From Candidatus Daviesbacteria bacterium (GTDB lineage: Bacteria > Patescibacteriota > Microgenomatia > Daviesbacterales > UBA10151), in assembly GCA_016187035.1 (NCBI GenBank), contig JACPKL010000001.1, positions 14,607 to 78,606 on the forward strand: a DNA stretch of 64,000 nt, given 5' to 3'. Positions within the stretch are counted from its first letter, which is position 1. The number at the start of each line of letters is the position of its first letter. Shown here piece after piece: positions 1 through 8,178 of the stretch. The notes beneath the pieces are model-generated. The model did not search any database. It saw nothing but the letters and a program-made list of their open reading frames with translations, and was not told the DNA's origin. Position numbers and translations under genes: made by a program.

Positions 1-413
1 TCCTCCTTATCAAACCGAACTTTTCCATCATATACACCTACAAATAAAGTAACCAATTCGTTTTCCAAACTTACTTCACCGTTGTTTTGATTCCTGCTTG
101 TTTGGTGATGTGCTTCTCTTATTAACTGAAGACCAACTTCAATCCCCAATTCCTCTTTCAATCCTCTTTTTGCAGCTTGCTCAAAAGTTTCTCCTACCTT
201 TAAATGTTCTGCTGCGCTAATATCCCAATACCCTGGCAGAAGTTTCTTAGGTAATGATCTTTTTTGAAGATAAATTTGATCCTTGGAGTTTTTAATTAAT
301 ATATGAGACGCCCTATGCAGTAATCCTTTTTGATAAACTTCTCCTCTGGATGCTTGTCCAATAACTTTTCCATTTTCATCTACGATATCAAGCTGCTCAT
401 CAAGCTCATCCAT
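1..413 (-). CDS. Nudix-fold hydrolase, IPP-isomerase-like paralog; C-terminal end lies outside the window
   Basis: Not in the ORF track (no stop inside the window). Own minus-strand translation from ATG (cat at 411-413): MDELDEQLDIVDENGKVIGQASRGEVYQKGLLHRASHILIKNSKDQIYLQKRSLPKKLLPGYWDISAAEHLKVGETFEQAAKRGLKEELGIEV, with a Nudix-box-like GETFEQAAKRGLKEELG. Start overlaps the stop of the upstream paralog. Confidence 0.55.
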   Translation of the reverse strand, partial: MDELDEQLDIVDENGKVIGQASRGEVYQKGLLHRASHILIKNSKDQIYLQKRSLPKKLLPGYWDISAAEHLKVGETFEQAAKRGLKEELGIEVGLQLIREAHHQTSRNQNNGEVSLENELVTLFVGVYDGKVRFDKE

Positions 414-939
414 AAAAAAATCCTGATTCTTTTAAAATTTTTAATCCTTCTTGTGACCAAGGAGAGTAATTTTTTGGATTTTTTTCCATATCTTTAAACA
501 GTTCGCCTTTATCTACCCATTTACACTCATAAGCTACTTTGGGATTTAGTTTTATCTCGCCATTATATTCTCCTATCAGGAGGTAATCATGTTCATTCTC
601 GCAAAGAGAACCAACTTTGGCAAAGTAATTAAAACTTCCCACCTCTTTAACTTGAACATTTTCAACTCCATATTCATCTTGTAAAGCCCTTAAGGTTGCT
701 TCTTCTAAACTTTCATCTCCATTTTCTGTATGTAAAGGGTGGGTTGAAGCGGTAAAATCCCAGATATTATCAAAGACTTGATGTTTTCTTTTTTGTAGCA
801 ACACCTCCCCTTTGTTGTTATATAGCAGCACTGTGACAGCCAAGTGTCTTCTTCCTTCTCCGGTATGCCCTATCTTTTTAGGAATATACTCTAAAAATTT
901 ACCTTTATCATCACAAGCTAAAATTATTTGATAAAACAT
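406..939 (-). CDS. Type-1 isopentenyl-diphosphate isomerase-like Nudix hydrolase
   Basis: HLAVTVLLYNNKGEVLLQKRKHQVFDNIWDFTASTHP, EEATLRALQDEYGV and CENEHDYLL resemble the IDI-1/Nudix family. Tandem with a second Nudix ORF at 1-413. Confidence 0.6.
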   Translation of the reverse strand: MFYQIILACDDKGKFLEYIPKKIGHTGEGRRHLAVTVLLYNNKGEVLLQKRKHQVFDNIWDFTASTHPLHTENGDESLEEATLRALQDEYGVENVQVKEVGSFNYFAKVGSLCENEHDYLLIGEYNGEIKLNPKVAYECKWVDKGELFKDMEKNPKNYSPWSQEGLKILKESGFFYG

Positions 940-1675
940 TTATAGTAAAATATATCACTAATACTCCAATAAAAAGACACACTGTTTCCCAAAAAGCTAT
1001 TTTTCGATTCTCCTGCAAATGAATCTCAGGAATCAAGTTTGTAGCTGCAATATAAATAAAAAAACCGGAGGTTAAAGCTAATATTACCGGCAGCAACCCC
1101 TGTATCAAATCTTTACTCAGATACGTCAAAATTGCCCCTGCCAGAGCTGCCAAAGCGCTATAGAAGTTAAGCAGGACCACTCTTTTCCTTGGAACTCCTT
1201 TATGAAGCATCAGACCAAAATCTCCTATCTCCTGGGGAATCTCATGCGCAGCAACAGCCAAAGATGTCACTATACCCAAAGGAATACTAACCAGGAAAGT
1301 GGCTGCCATAGCAACACCATCGATAAAATTATGCAAACTGTCACCAATCATTATCAGCGGTATCACTGATTTTTTATCCTCATGGTTTTTCCCATGGCCA
1401 TGATGATGGATAAACCGTTCCAGAAGAAAAAATATTAAAATCCCAATTAACACCCAAAGAAAAACATCTACCTCTTTATTTCCATTAGCAGCTTCCTGCG
1501 CTTCAGGCAGCAGGTCAAAGAATACTGTCCCAAGCAAAGTCCCGGCAGCAAACGAGGTTAAATAGTGGGAAATTTTAATTGCAAATTTTTCCTTAACTAA
1601 TAACAGGATTCCCCCAATTAAAGAAACTACGCTGCCGAGAAAGCTAAAAATTAAAATGTATAATAAAATTAACAA
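911..1675 (-). CDS. ZIP-family divalent metal (zinc) transporter
   Basis: Multi-TM protein with a His-rich loop HHHGHGKNHEDKK and ZIP motifs HNFIDGVAMA and HEIPQEIGDFG. Confidence 0.8.
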   Translation of the reverse strand: MLILLYILIFSFLGSVVSLIGGILLLVKEKFAIKISHYLTSFAAGTLLGTVFFDLLPEAQEAANGNKEVDVFLWVLIGILIFFLLERFIHHHGHGKNHEDKKSVIPLIMIGDSLHNFIDGVAMAATFLVSIPLGIVTSLAVAAHEIPQEIGDFGLMLHKGVPRKRVVLLNFYSALAALAGAILTYLSKDLIQGLLPVILALTSGFFIYIAATNLIPEIHLQENRKIAFWETVCLFIGVLVIYFTINVLSNNFSL

Positions 1676-1681
1676 ATTAGT

Positions 1682-2455
1682 TTACTTAAGCAAAGGGTCG
1701 ATGGCAGATTGAAAAGCAGAATATGGTTGAGCTCCTATTATTAATTGACCATTGACAACGCCTGATTTCTCAGTTTTTCCTAATACAAAAGATGGAGTAC
1801 CATTAACTCCAGCTGCGCTGCCATCTGAAATGTCTTTAGCGACTTGTTCCTTAAATTTATTTCCCTCCACACAACTTACTAAATTATCAGCATTTAGTCC
1901 CAAATCTGCAGCTATTTGGCGTACTTTATCTTTACTCAAACCATTACCATTTGAGGTTGTTTGTTTAAACATTTCATCATGAAACTTGAAATAAGCGCTG
2001 TCCCCTCCCTTATCTTTTGCACAAAGCGCAGCCTGGGCCTCATATGTAGCCATTGGATCATGGAAAGGTAAAGGGTAATTCCTGAATACCAGCTTCACTT
2101 TGCCTGTATCTATATAATCTTTTTTGAGTTGTGGATAGACCTGGTCAAAATGCCTTTTACAAAAAGGGCATTCATAATCAGAAAACTCAACTAAAGTAAC
2201 TGGAGCATTTTTATCACCTGACACTGGGTCATCAGCAGTCACTGTTGTTTTACCTGTAGCAAGTTGTTGAGGAGCTTGAGGTTGTGGGGCTTGTGCCTGA
2301 GAAGGTTGAGAAGGTTGAGCTTGAGGTTGTGGGGCTACAGCAGTAGTCTTACCTACTTTAATAATCCCGCCATGCATCATAATAGAGACAGCAATTACAA
2401 AAGATCCTAATAAGACTGCCAACGGGGTTGTCAGGAAGGAATTTTTAGCATCCAT
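1682..2455 (-). CDS. Membrane-anchored DsbA-family thiol:disulfide oxidoreductase
   Basis: N-terminal TM helix, P/Q-rich linker (APQPQAQPSQPSQAQAPQPQ) and a thioredoxin fold with active site CPFC (SDYECPFCKRH). Confidence 0.75.
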   Translation of the reverse strand: MDAKNSFLTTPLAVLLGSFVIAVSIMMHGGIIKVGKTTAVAPQPQAQPSQPSQAQAPQPQAPQQLATGKTTVTADDPVSGDKNAPVTLVEFSDYECPFCKRHFDQVYPQLKKDYIDTGKVKLVFRNYPLPFHDPMATYEAQAALCAKDKGGDSAYFKFHDEMFKQTTSNGNGLSKDKVRQIAADLGLNADNLVSCVEGNKFKEQVAKDISDGSAAGVNGTPSFVLGKTEKSGVVNGQLIIGAQPYSAFQSAIDPLLK

Positions 2456-2497
2456 TGTTATACTAGTCTAAAGAGAAAAACTGCTTATGTCAATCCC

Positions 2498-3076
2498 TTA
2501 ATTAAATTGATTCTGAGTTGATTCTAAACCTTTTTCCAAAAGGATCTGTATAGCTTTAACTGTTTGCTTGAGCATATGTTTAACCTGGGATTTTTCTTGA
2601 GGTAAAAATGGCTCTAATACAAACTTCTCAGTTGAAATTGTCTGACCTTTATATTCTCCACTTTGAGTTCTCAGATTCCCTATGCCCAACCTAACTCTGA
2701 TAAATTGATCAGTGTTTAAGCCTGAGATAATTGACTCCACTCCATGATGCCCGGCAGCCGCACCTCCCATCCTGATTTTAATTTTTCCCAAAGGAAGATC
2801 CAACTCATCATGAATAACCATTACATCAGCAGATGGTAGTTTGTAGTAGGTAGTAAGGAGCCTTACAGCCATACCCGAATTATTCATAGATGTTTGAGGC
2901 TTGGCAAATATTAAATCTCCAGTTTTAATAATTTCTGATTTAAGTTTTTCATTGTATTCCCATAATACTTTATACAAAATACTTGATACATACTTATCCA
3001 CAACTTCAAATCCTAAATTATGTCTAACCTTCTGATATTTAACACCAGGATTTCCTAAACCAACGATTAGCTTCAT
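2498..3076 (-). CDS. pth: Peptidyl-tRNA hydrolase
   Basis: MKLIVGLGNPGVKYQKVRHNLGF N-terminus and typical ~190 aa length. Confidence 0.9.
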   Translation of the reverse strand: MKLIVGLGNPGVKYQKVRHNLGFEVVDKYVSSILYKVLWEYNEKLKSEIIKTGDLIFAKPQTSMNNSGMAVRLLTTYYKLPSADVMVIHDELDLPLGKIKIRMGGAAAGHHGVESIISGLNTDQFIRVRLGIGNLRTQSGEYKGQTISTEKFVLEPFLPQEKSQVKHMLKQTVKAIQILLEKGLESTQNQFN

Positions 3077-3085
3077 AATTCTATT

Positions 3086-3122
3086 GTCATCGCGAGCGAT
3101 TAGCGTGGCGATCTTCTAGTGC
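3086..3122. repeat. Palindromic element family A, half copy
   Basis: GTCATCGCGAG-CGATTAGC-GTGGCGATCTTC. The left terminus plus core half is retained and the right half is absent. Confidence 0.65.
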
Positions 3123-3914
3123 CTTGATTATCTGTTCATGCACTACCCCATTTGAGGCTATAATATTTAACCTGTCTTTAGTCCAGTCTATTTCTTTACC
3201 CTCAAAATCAGTCACTTTCCCCCCTGCTTCCTCTATAATAACAGCCCCAGCTGCAAAATCCCAAATCCAGGCTTGATTTATCAAAGCATCCTGAATACCT
3301 TTACCAACTAAAACCATAGACATAGCAGCTGATCCAATTGAATAAACATGACCAACCTTATTAATTAGCGGTAAAATATACAGATTAGTTTTCAATGCTC
3401 TCTTTTCTAAATGCCCATAATCTAATATTACTCCCGCTCTATCTAGACTTGCCCTTTTACTGACAATTATTATCTTTTTGTTAACAAAAGCTCCTGATCC
3501 AACCTCAGCCCAGTATAAATCCTTACTTAACACATGATAAATCACTCCTAAAATTGGCTTATCCCCCTTAAGAAGACCAATTGAGACTGCAAAATAAGGC
3601 ATACCAATTGAGAAAGAAAAGGTACCATCCAATGGATCTATAACCCAGGTATAATCGCAGTTTCCTTGTATCCTTCCGCTCTCTTCTGCAATTATATTTG
3701 ACTCCGGAAAGTTTTGAGTAAGAATTTGAACAATTTTTTCTTCTGCTTGAAGGTCTGCCTGGGTAGTAAAATCGCTCTTATCATTATTCTTATAATTTAA
3801 TTTGTGTTCTTTGCCAAAATACTTAAATATGATTTCCCCAGCCTCCAAAGCAGCCTGTTTAGCAACTTTTAAATATTCATCTTTCATGGTGGAGCAATTG
3901 TACCACTTCTTCAT
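3087..3914 (-). CDS. suhB: Inositol monophosphatase family protein (SuhB-like)
   Basis: WVIDPLDGTFSF and WDFAAGAVIIEEAGG motifs. A more likely start is the ATG at 3887 (MKDEYLKVAK). The last ~11 codons (EDRHANRSR) and the stop codon lie in a half copy of palindromic element family A. Confidence 0.8.
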   Translation of the reverse strand: MKKWYNCSTMKDEYLKVAKQAALEAGEIIFKYFGKEHKLNYKNNDKSDFTTQADLQAEEKIVQILTQNFPESNIIAEESGRIQGNCDYTWVIDPLDGTFSFSIGMPYFAVSIGLLKGDKPILGVIYHVLSKDLYWAEVGSGAFVNKKIIIVSKRASLDRAGVILDYGHLEKRALKTNLYILPLINKVGHVYSIGSAAMSMVLVGKGIQDALINQAWIWDFAAGAVIIEEAGGKVTDFEGKEIDWTKDRLNIIASNGVVHEQIIKALEDRHANRSR

Positions 3915-4515
3915 CGCTTACACTCTCAAATTGATAATAAAATTGACCAACAGCCCGAAAATTCTGGGGTATATTTAAAGCTACCATTATATCAACTGCT
4001 TCTTTTATCTTCTCTGCAGTATCTTTGCTGATTACTGAAACAGCTAAAATTATTGTTCTAACCTGGTGCTTTTTTAGGTAATTTACAGCAGCCAAGGTTG
4101 TTGACCCTGTAGCAATTCCATCATCAGCAAGAATAACTGTTTTCCCTATCAGTTTAATTGGTTTCCTGCCCACTCTATAAACCTGTTCCCTTCTTTTTAC
4201 CTCTATTAATTCTTCTTCTATCTTTTCTCTTAAATCACCAATCTTAAATCTTAAATCTTTTAATAATTTTGTCTCCCATACAACCTCCCCGTCAGTATCC
4301 ACTGCTCCTAAAGCCAGTTCAGGCTGGTTAGGCGCTCCAATTTTTCTGGTTACAATAATATCCAAAGGCAGATTTAATTCTTTAGCTATTTCTGCTGCTA
4401 CCACTACCCCACCTCTGGGAATTCCTAACACTACTCCTCCCTGAAGCCCCCGAATTCCCCTAAGTCTCTTTGCAAGTAATATCCCGGCAGATCTCCGGTC
4501 TTTAAATAGCTTCAT
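3877..4515 (-). CDS. Phosphoribosyltransferase-family protein
   Basis: PRPP-binding motif VILADDGIATGSTTLAAV, plus GIPRGGVVVA. Contains a heptamer tract encoding DLRFKIGDLREK. Confidence 0.7.
   Translation of the reverse strand: MKLFKDRRSAGILLAKRLRGIRGLQGGVVLGIPRGGVVVAAEIAKELNLPLDIIVTRKIGAPNQPELALGAVDTDGEVVWETKLLKDLRFKIGDLREKIEEELIEVKRREQVYRVGRKPIKLIGKTVILADDGIATGSTTLAAVNYLKKHQVRTIILAVSVISKDTAEKIKEAVDIMVALNIPQNFRAVGQFYYQFESVSDEEVVQLLHHER
4229..4259. repeat. Heptamer tract CTTAAAT (in the PRTase gene)
   Basis: The 19-mer ATCTTAAATCTTAAATCTT is identical at 54283-54301 in the SucC-like gene. Both encode DLRFKI. Confidence 0.8.
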
Positions 4516-4519
4516 GAAT

Positions 4520-4640
4520 AATTTTTAATTTTAAGTTTTAAATTTTAATTGAATTTTAAATGTTTTAATGTTTTAAAATTTAATCATTTAGTCATTAAGA
4601 TTTGATTTTAAATTTAAAATTTGTACTTTAAAATTAATAC
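4520..4640. repeat. AT-rich intergenic array of degenerate heptamers (NTTTTAA-like)
   Basis: aatttta attttaa gttttaa attttaa ttgaatt ttaaatg ttttaat gttttaa ... between the PRTase start and the EndoQ stop. Confidence 0.55.
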
Positions 4641-4641
4641 T

Positions 4642-6021
4642 TTAATCAAATAACCCCAATTGCGGAATTTCATTCTTTTCCTCTTTTACAGATTCATCAT
4701 CAGACTGCCAAATTTTCACTACCCCATATACTCCATCATAACCAGGATCTATCACTAAATCACCGTCTCTGTCTTTTTTTACTCCTTCTGCAATTCTTTC
4801 TCCTGAGATTTTAGCTATTTCCTGAATGTCTACTTTGGTCAGAATCTTGATCTCACTACCTAAAGCAGTTGTTAGCTTTTTGTATTCATTTAAGACCTTC
4901 TGGGTTGTTGGAGCAGTATTAAAAGCCTCTGCTATTACCTGTAATAATGGTACTAACATTCTATATTCTGGCCTATCTAGGTTTTTGCTTTTAACCACCC
5001 CTTCTTCTTTAATTTCCCCTAACTCCTCTGCTCCTCTGTCTGCTAACTTCTCCACTCTTTCCATTACTCCTATTGTCAAACCTCTTTTGCAAACAGGACA
5101 GGTTGTTCCCTTAAGTTTTGAATCCTGCGGAGCATACTTAACATTACAATTTCTATGTCCTGTGTAGTGATACTTGCCTTCTTCAGGATAAAACTCAATT
5201 GTCCCAATCACTTTGTCATTGCGAGGGTCGCCGTGGCGACCCGTGGCAATCTCTTTTATTTCCAAGGAAGATTGCTTCGCTTTGCTCGCAATGACGGATA
5301 GTTGAGTAATAGCTCTCCATAAATTGTCATACGTAAACTCAGCCAGATCAAAAACTGTAGACTCCCTGCCTAGATTGGGTAAAGAATGAGCATCAGAAGA
5401 AGATAAAATTGATCTGTTGTCTAACTCTTTAATTCTCCAATTCATGGCCGGGGAAGAGCTTAAACCAGTTTCTATACCATAAACATATTCTGTTAAATCT
5501 TCAAAACACTCTTCCAAACTATCATAGCCGGATTCTGAACCAAATATGCCAAACCAGGGTGTCCAGGCATGCGCGCATACAAAAATAGCCTTGTCTGAAA
5601 CCTGCAAAGCTAAACTTAACAAATCTTTGGAAGATATTCCCACAATTGGTCTGCCGTCTGAGCCTAAATTAGCCCTTCTTGAAAGAAGTTCTTTTTGAAA
5701 CCTTTCTGCTGATGAGAAATCCGGTAAGTAAACTAAATTATGCACCCTTCTGCCCCTGCCTTTGTGAGAATAAATTGAAGCAATTTCTACAGTTAATAAA
5801 AATTTAACACTTGGATCTTTAGGATAAGTTAAAAAACCTGAGCCATCTTCTTTAAGCTGATTTTTAAGTTCTGTTAACCAAAGCGGATGCAGAAAATCTC
5901 CTGTACCTAATAAATCTATACCTTTCAGCTTACACCACTGCACCAAATTAGGAACATTCAGTTGTTGTGAACAAGCCCTGGAATACCTGGAATGAATATG
6001 CAAATCTGCAATATATGCCAT
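4642..6021 (-). CDS. Endonuclease Q-like PHP-domain nuclease with zinc finger
   Basis: MAYIADLHIHSRYSRA, GTGDFLHP, AHAWTPW, SSSDAHS, GKYHYTGHRNC..CPVCKRG and a C-terminal IDPGYDGVYG, collinear with archaeal EndoQ as I recall it. Carries an 81-bp in-frame palindromic element. Confidence 0.8.
   Translation of the reverse strand: MAYIADLHIHSRYSRACSQQLNVPNLVQWCKLKGIDLLGTGDFLHPLWLTELKNQLKEDGSGFLTYPKDPSVKFLLTVEIASIYSHKGRGRRVHNLVYLPDFSSAERFQKELLSRRANLGSDGRPIVGISSKDLLSLALQVSDKAIFVCAHAWTPWFGIFGSESGYDSLEECFEDLTEYVYGIETGLSSSPAMNWRIKELDNRSILSSSDAHSLPNLGRESTVFDLAEFTYDNLWRAITQLSVIASKAKQSSLEIKEIATGRHGDPRNDKVIGTIEFYPEEGKYHYTGHRNCNVKYAPQDSKLKGTTCPVCKRGLTIGVMERVEKLADRGAEELGEIKEEGVVKSKNLDRPEYRMLVPLLQVIAEAFNTAPTTQKVLNEYKKLTTALGSEIKILTKVDIQEIAKISGERIAEGVKKDRDGDLVIDPGYDGVYGVVKIWQSDDESVKEEKNEIPQLGLFD
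5215..5295. repeat. Palindromic element family A, 81 bp, in-frame in the EndoQ-like gene
   Basis: GTCATTGCGAG-GGTCGCCGTGGCGACCC-GTGGCAATCTC..GGAAGATTGC-TTCGCTTTG-CTCGCAATGAC. Translated as SVIASKAKQSSLEIKEIATGRHGDPRNDK. Confidence 0.9.
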
Positions 6022-6041
6022 TTAGCCGAATTTTACCACAA

Positions 6042-7829
6042 TCACCTTTTAAACTGCTGATTATACATCTCAATCAATTCTTTAACAGTGGTGGCATCTT
6101 CCCCTCTCTTATCAGCTTCCCTGAATTTAATCAATCTGGGAAACCTTAAAGCATATCCTGGTTCACTATTTTCTTTACCAGCAGTGTGCAGGGGCGAACG
6201 GGTGATTTCATCTGCTAATACTTCAATTACTATTTTAGGTTCAACCCAAACACTTGGAACTATTAAAGAATTAACTCTGGTCGGTTTACTTTGAACTTTG
6301 AACTTTGAACTTTGAACTTGTATCTCTCTCCATTCTTCATCTGATAAACCTGTTCCTATTTTTGAAACAGTCACGAATTCATCTTTTAACTCATCATAAA
6401 CACCAACCAACAAAGCACCTGCTCCAAACTCCGCTCTTTTACCCTTGCCATAAATATAACCTAACATTACACAATCTATAGTATCTTGTAACTGCCCTGA
6501 GGAATGCCTTTTTAATTTCACCCAGTTAAAATTTCTGGCTCCGGCTGAATAAACCGAAGTCACTCTTTTAACCACTAACCCTTCAAGATTGGCAGTTAAT
6601 GCTTCTTGCAGTAACTCCTCCAAACGGTTAACCTCAATCACTATTTCACCTGGTTGAGGAATTAAAATACCGTTTTCTTTAATAGTATCTTTTAAAATCT
6701 CCATCCTCGCTTTTAAAGGTTTATTAATCAAAGATTTACCATCTTTATACATAATGTCAAAAACAAATGCTTTTAAAGGTAAGCTTTTAGCCATTTCCTC
6801 TACCTTGTACTTTCTTCTTCTTTTAGTAGTTTCCTGAAATGGTAAAAACTCATCTGAGGCAGGATTATAAGCTAACGCCTCGGCATCTAATATAATTGTT
6901 TGAGCCTGAACCTGATTGTAAACTGCCTCAATCAGTTCGGGAAACATATGAGTTGTCTCTTCTAAATTACGGGAGAAAATTCTAACTACTTTTCCATCCT
7001 TATGCAGCTGTGTTCTAAATCCATCAAATTTTTTCTGAACATGAGCTTCTCCTTCAAACTTTTCCAAAATAGTTTTAGCATCAGGCAATCTTTCTGCCAG
7101 CTGGGATCTGATGGGCCTGCCTACTTTGACATCCAGTTTTTGCACTCCTGCCAAACCCTTGGTCCATAAAGTCTCCCCAATCAACCCTAAATCAGATGTT
7201 TTATTGTATGCTTCTTCTAAACTTGATCTTTGCTTGCGATCTCCTAATTTTGCCAAAGCAAATGCATCTAAAATGGTCGGATCACCAATTCCTAACCTGG
7301 ATACTCCCAAAGGAATCCTGACCAAATGTTTGCCAGATACCCCATTAACCTGTTTTAATAAATCAGCCAGGGTGGAAACTTTTTTCTCTACAGTTCCCTC
7401 ACCTTGAGTTTGTGCTATACCTCTTAAAATCTCAAAGACTTCTTTAACTGTCATTCCGAGGTCCGATGAAATCGGACCGTGGGAATCTTTCTTAGTTAAG
7501 ATTGCCACGTCGTCCCGATTTAATCGGGACTCCTCGCAATGACGTTGGGCAACCAATCCTAAATCCCCTACTTTTCCATATTCTTTTAAAACCTCTTCCC
7601 TTTCCATCCCATAAGCCCTGGCAATAGCAGCAGCTATCAGCTTCTCACTCATACCAATTTCGATGGCTTCATAAAAAGGAGCTACCCTGCCCTGGATTAA
7701 ATAACTCACATGTCCAATCTCCCCAACATTCACTTTAGAAAAAAGCTCAGCCAAAATATCAATTAAAGAGAGTCTGGAGGATGTCTGTTCTAATTTTTCA
7801 AAATACTCAGCTAAGGTGGAAAAAGTCAT
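6042..7829 (-). CDS. lig: ATP-dependent DNA ligase (archaeal/eukaryotic type)
   Basis: Adenylation motif I KFDGFRTQLHK, EGLVVK, and an OB-fold C-terminus. Contains one family-A palindromic element and a heptamer tract, both in-frame. Confidence 0.9.
   Translation of the reverse strand: MTFSTLAEYFEKLEQTSSRLSLIDILAELFSKVNVGEIGHVSYLIQGRVAPFYEAIEIGMSEKLIAAAIARAYGMEREEVLKEYGKVGDLGLVAQRHCEESRLNRDDVAILTKKDSHGPISSDLGMTVKEVFEILRGIAQTQGEGTVEKKVSTLADLLKQVNGVSGKHLVRIPLGVSRLGIGDPTILDAFALAKLGDRKQRSSLEEAYNKTSDLGLIGETLWTKGLAGVQKLDVKVGRPIRSQLAERLPDAKTILEKFEGEAHVQKKFDGFRTQLHKDGKVVRIFSRNLEETTHMFPELIEAVYNQVQAQTIILDAEALAYNPASDEFLPFQETTKRRRKYKVEEMAKSLPLKAFVFDIMYKDGKSLINKPLKARMEILKDTIKENGILIPQPGEIVIEVNRLEELLQEALTANLEGLVVKRVTSVYSAGARNFNWVKLKRHSSGQLQDTIDCVMLGYIYGKGKRAEFGAGALLVGVYDELKDEFVTVSKIGTGLSDEEWREIQVQSSKFKVQSKPTRVNSLIVPSVWVEPKIVIEVLADEITRSPLHTAGKENSEPGYALRFPRLIKFREADKRGEDATTVKELIEMYNQQFKR
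6288..6320. repeat. Heptamer tract ACTTTGA x4.7 (in the ligase gene)
   Basis: ACTTTGAACTTTGAACTTTGAACTTTGAACTTG encodes VQSSKFKVQSK. Confidence 0.85.
7450..7543. repeat. Palindromic element family A, 94 bp, in-frame in the DNA ligase gene
   Basis: GTCATTCCGAG-GTCCGATGAAATCGGAC-CGTGGGAATCT..AGATTGCCACG-TCGTCCCGATTTAATCGGGAC-TCCTCGCAATGAC. Translated as RHCEESRLNRDDVAILTKKDSHGPISSDLGMT. Confidence 0.9.
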
Positions 7830-7872
7830 ATCTGGATTGTAATTGATTATACTGCTGTTGTAAAATTCATTT

Positions 7873-8178
7873 ATGGCCGAATCTTCAGAAGGGAAATCCC
7901 CAATTATTCCTCCTATGCCAGAGATTTTAGATATTGAAAAGTTAAGTATCTGGATGAAGGATCATACAATAAGAGCTCCAAAAGGATATGCAGATATGAA
8001 ACGCCAAGATGGTACCCCCTTTAGTTTAGATGAGCAAATTGATGCTCATATAAAACAAACAGTAGACATTATTAACTTCAAGAGACAAAGAAATGATCCA
8101 AGAGAAACTTATCAAGAAATAGAACAAGGTATACTACGTTTTACTCAACCTGATGATCCTACCTCAAAAGGTAAGTAG
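7873..8178 (+). CDS. Hypothetical protein (101 aa)
   Basis: ORF only, no recognisable motif. Its 3' end converges on and overlaps the fic gene by 20 nt. Confidence 0.35.
   Translation: MAESSEGKSPIIPPMPEILDIEKLSIWMKDHTIRAPKGYADMKRQDGTPFSLDEQIDAHIKQTVDIINFKRQRNDPRETYQEIEQGILRFTQPDDPTSKGK

Noticed and set aside
1752-1982. Antisense and shadow ORFs in the six-frame track. Examples: 1752-1982, 4826-5167, 6088-6294, 7111-7407, 13377-13673, 24981-25460, 27544-27972, 43752-44093, 44307-44702 and 62126-62623.
   Set aside because: Each lies wholly inside a longer opposite-strand ORF with clear family motifs. Their translations are low-complexity (S/L/P/F-rich), typical of the complement of AT-rich coding sequence.
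2270-2340. Repeated AGCTTGAGGTTGTGGGGC in the DsbA-like gene as another mobile repeat.
   Set aside because: It encodes a P/Q-rich flexible linker (PQPQAQ..). An internal duplication of a low-complexity linker is sufficient explanation, and there are no inverted termini or copies elsewhere in the window.
4520-4640. Possible CRISPR array suggested by the periodic repeats (also 33567-33621 and 53203-53252).
   Set aside because: The period is 7 nt with no unique spacers, there is no 25-40-nt repeat unit, and there are no cas genes. The Cas2-like fold in the PaaX-like proteins is fused to a wHTH and is not next to any array.
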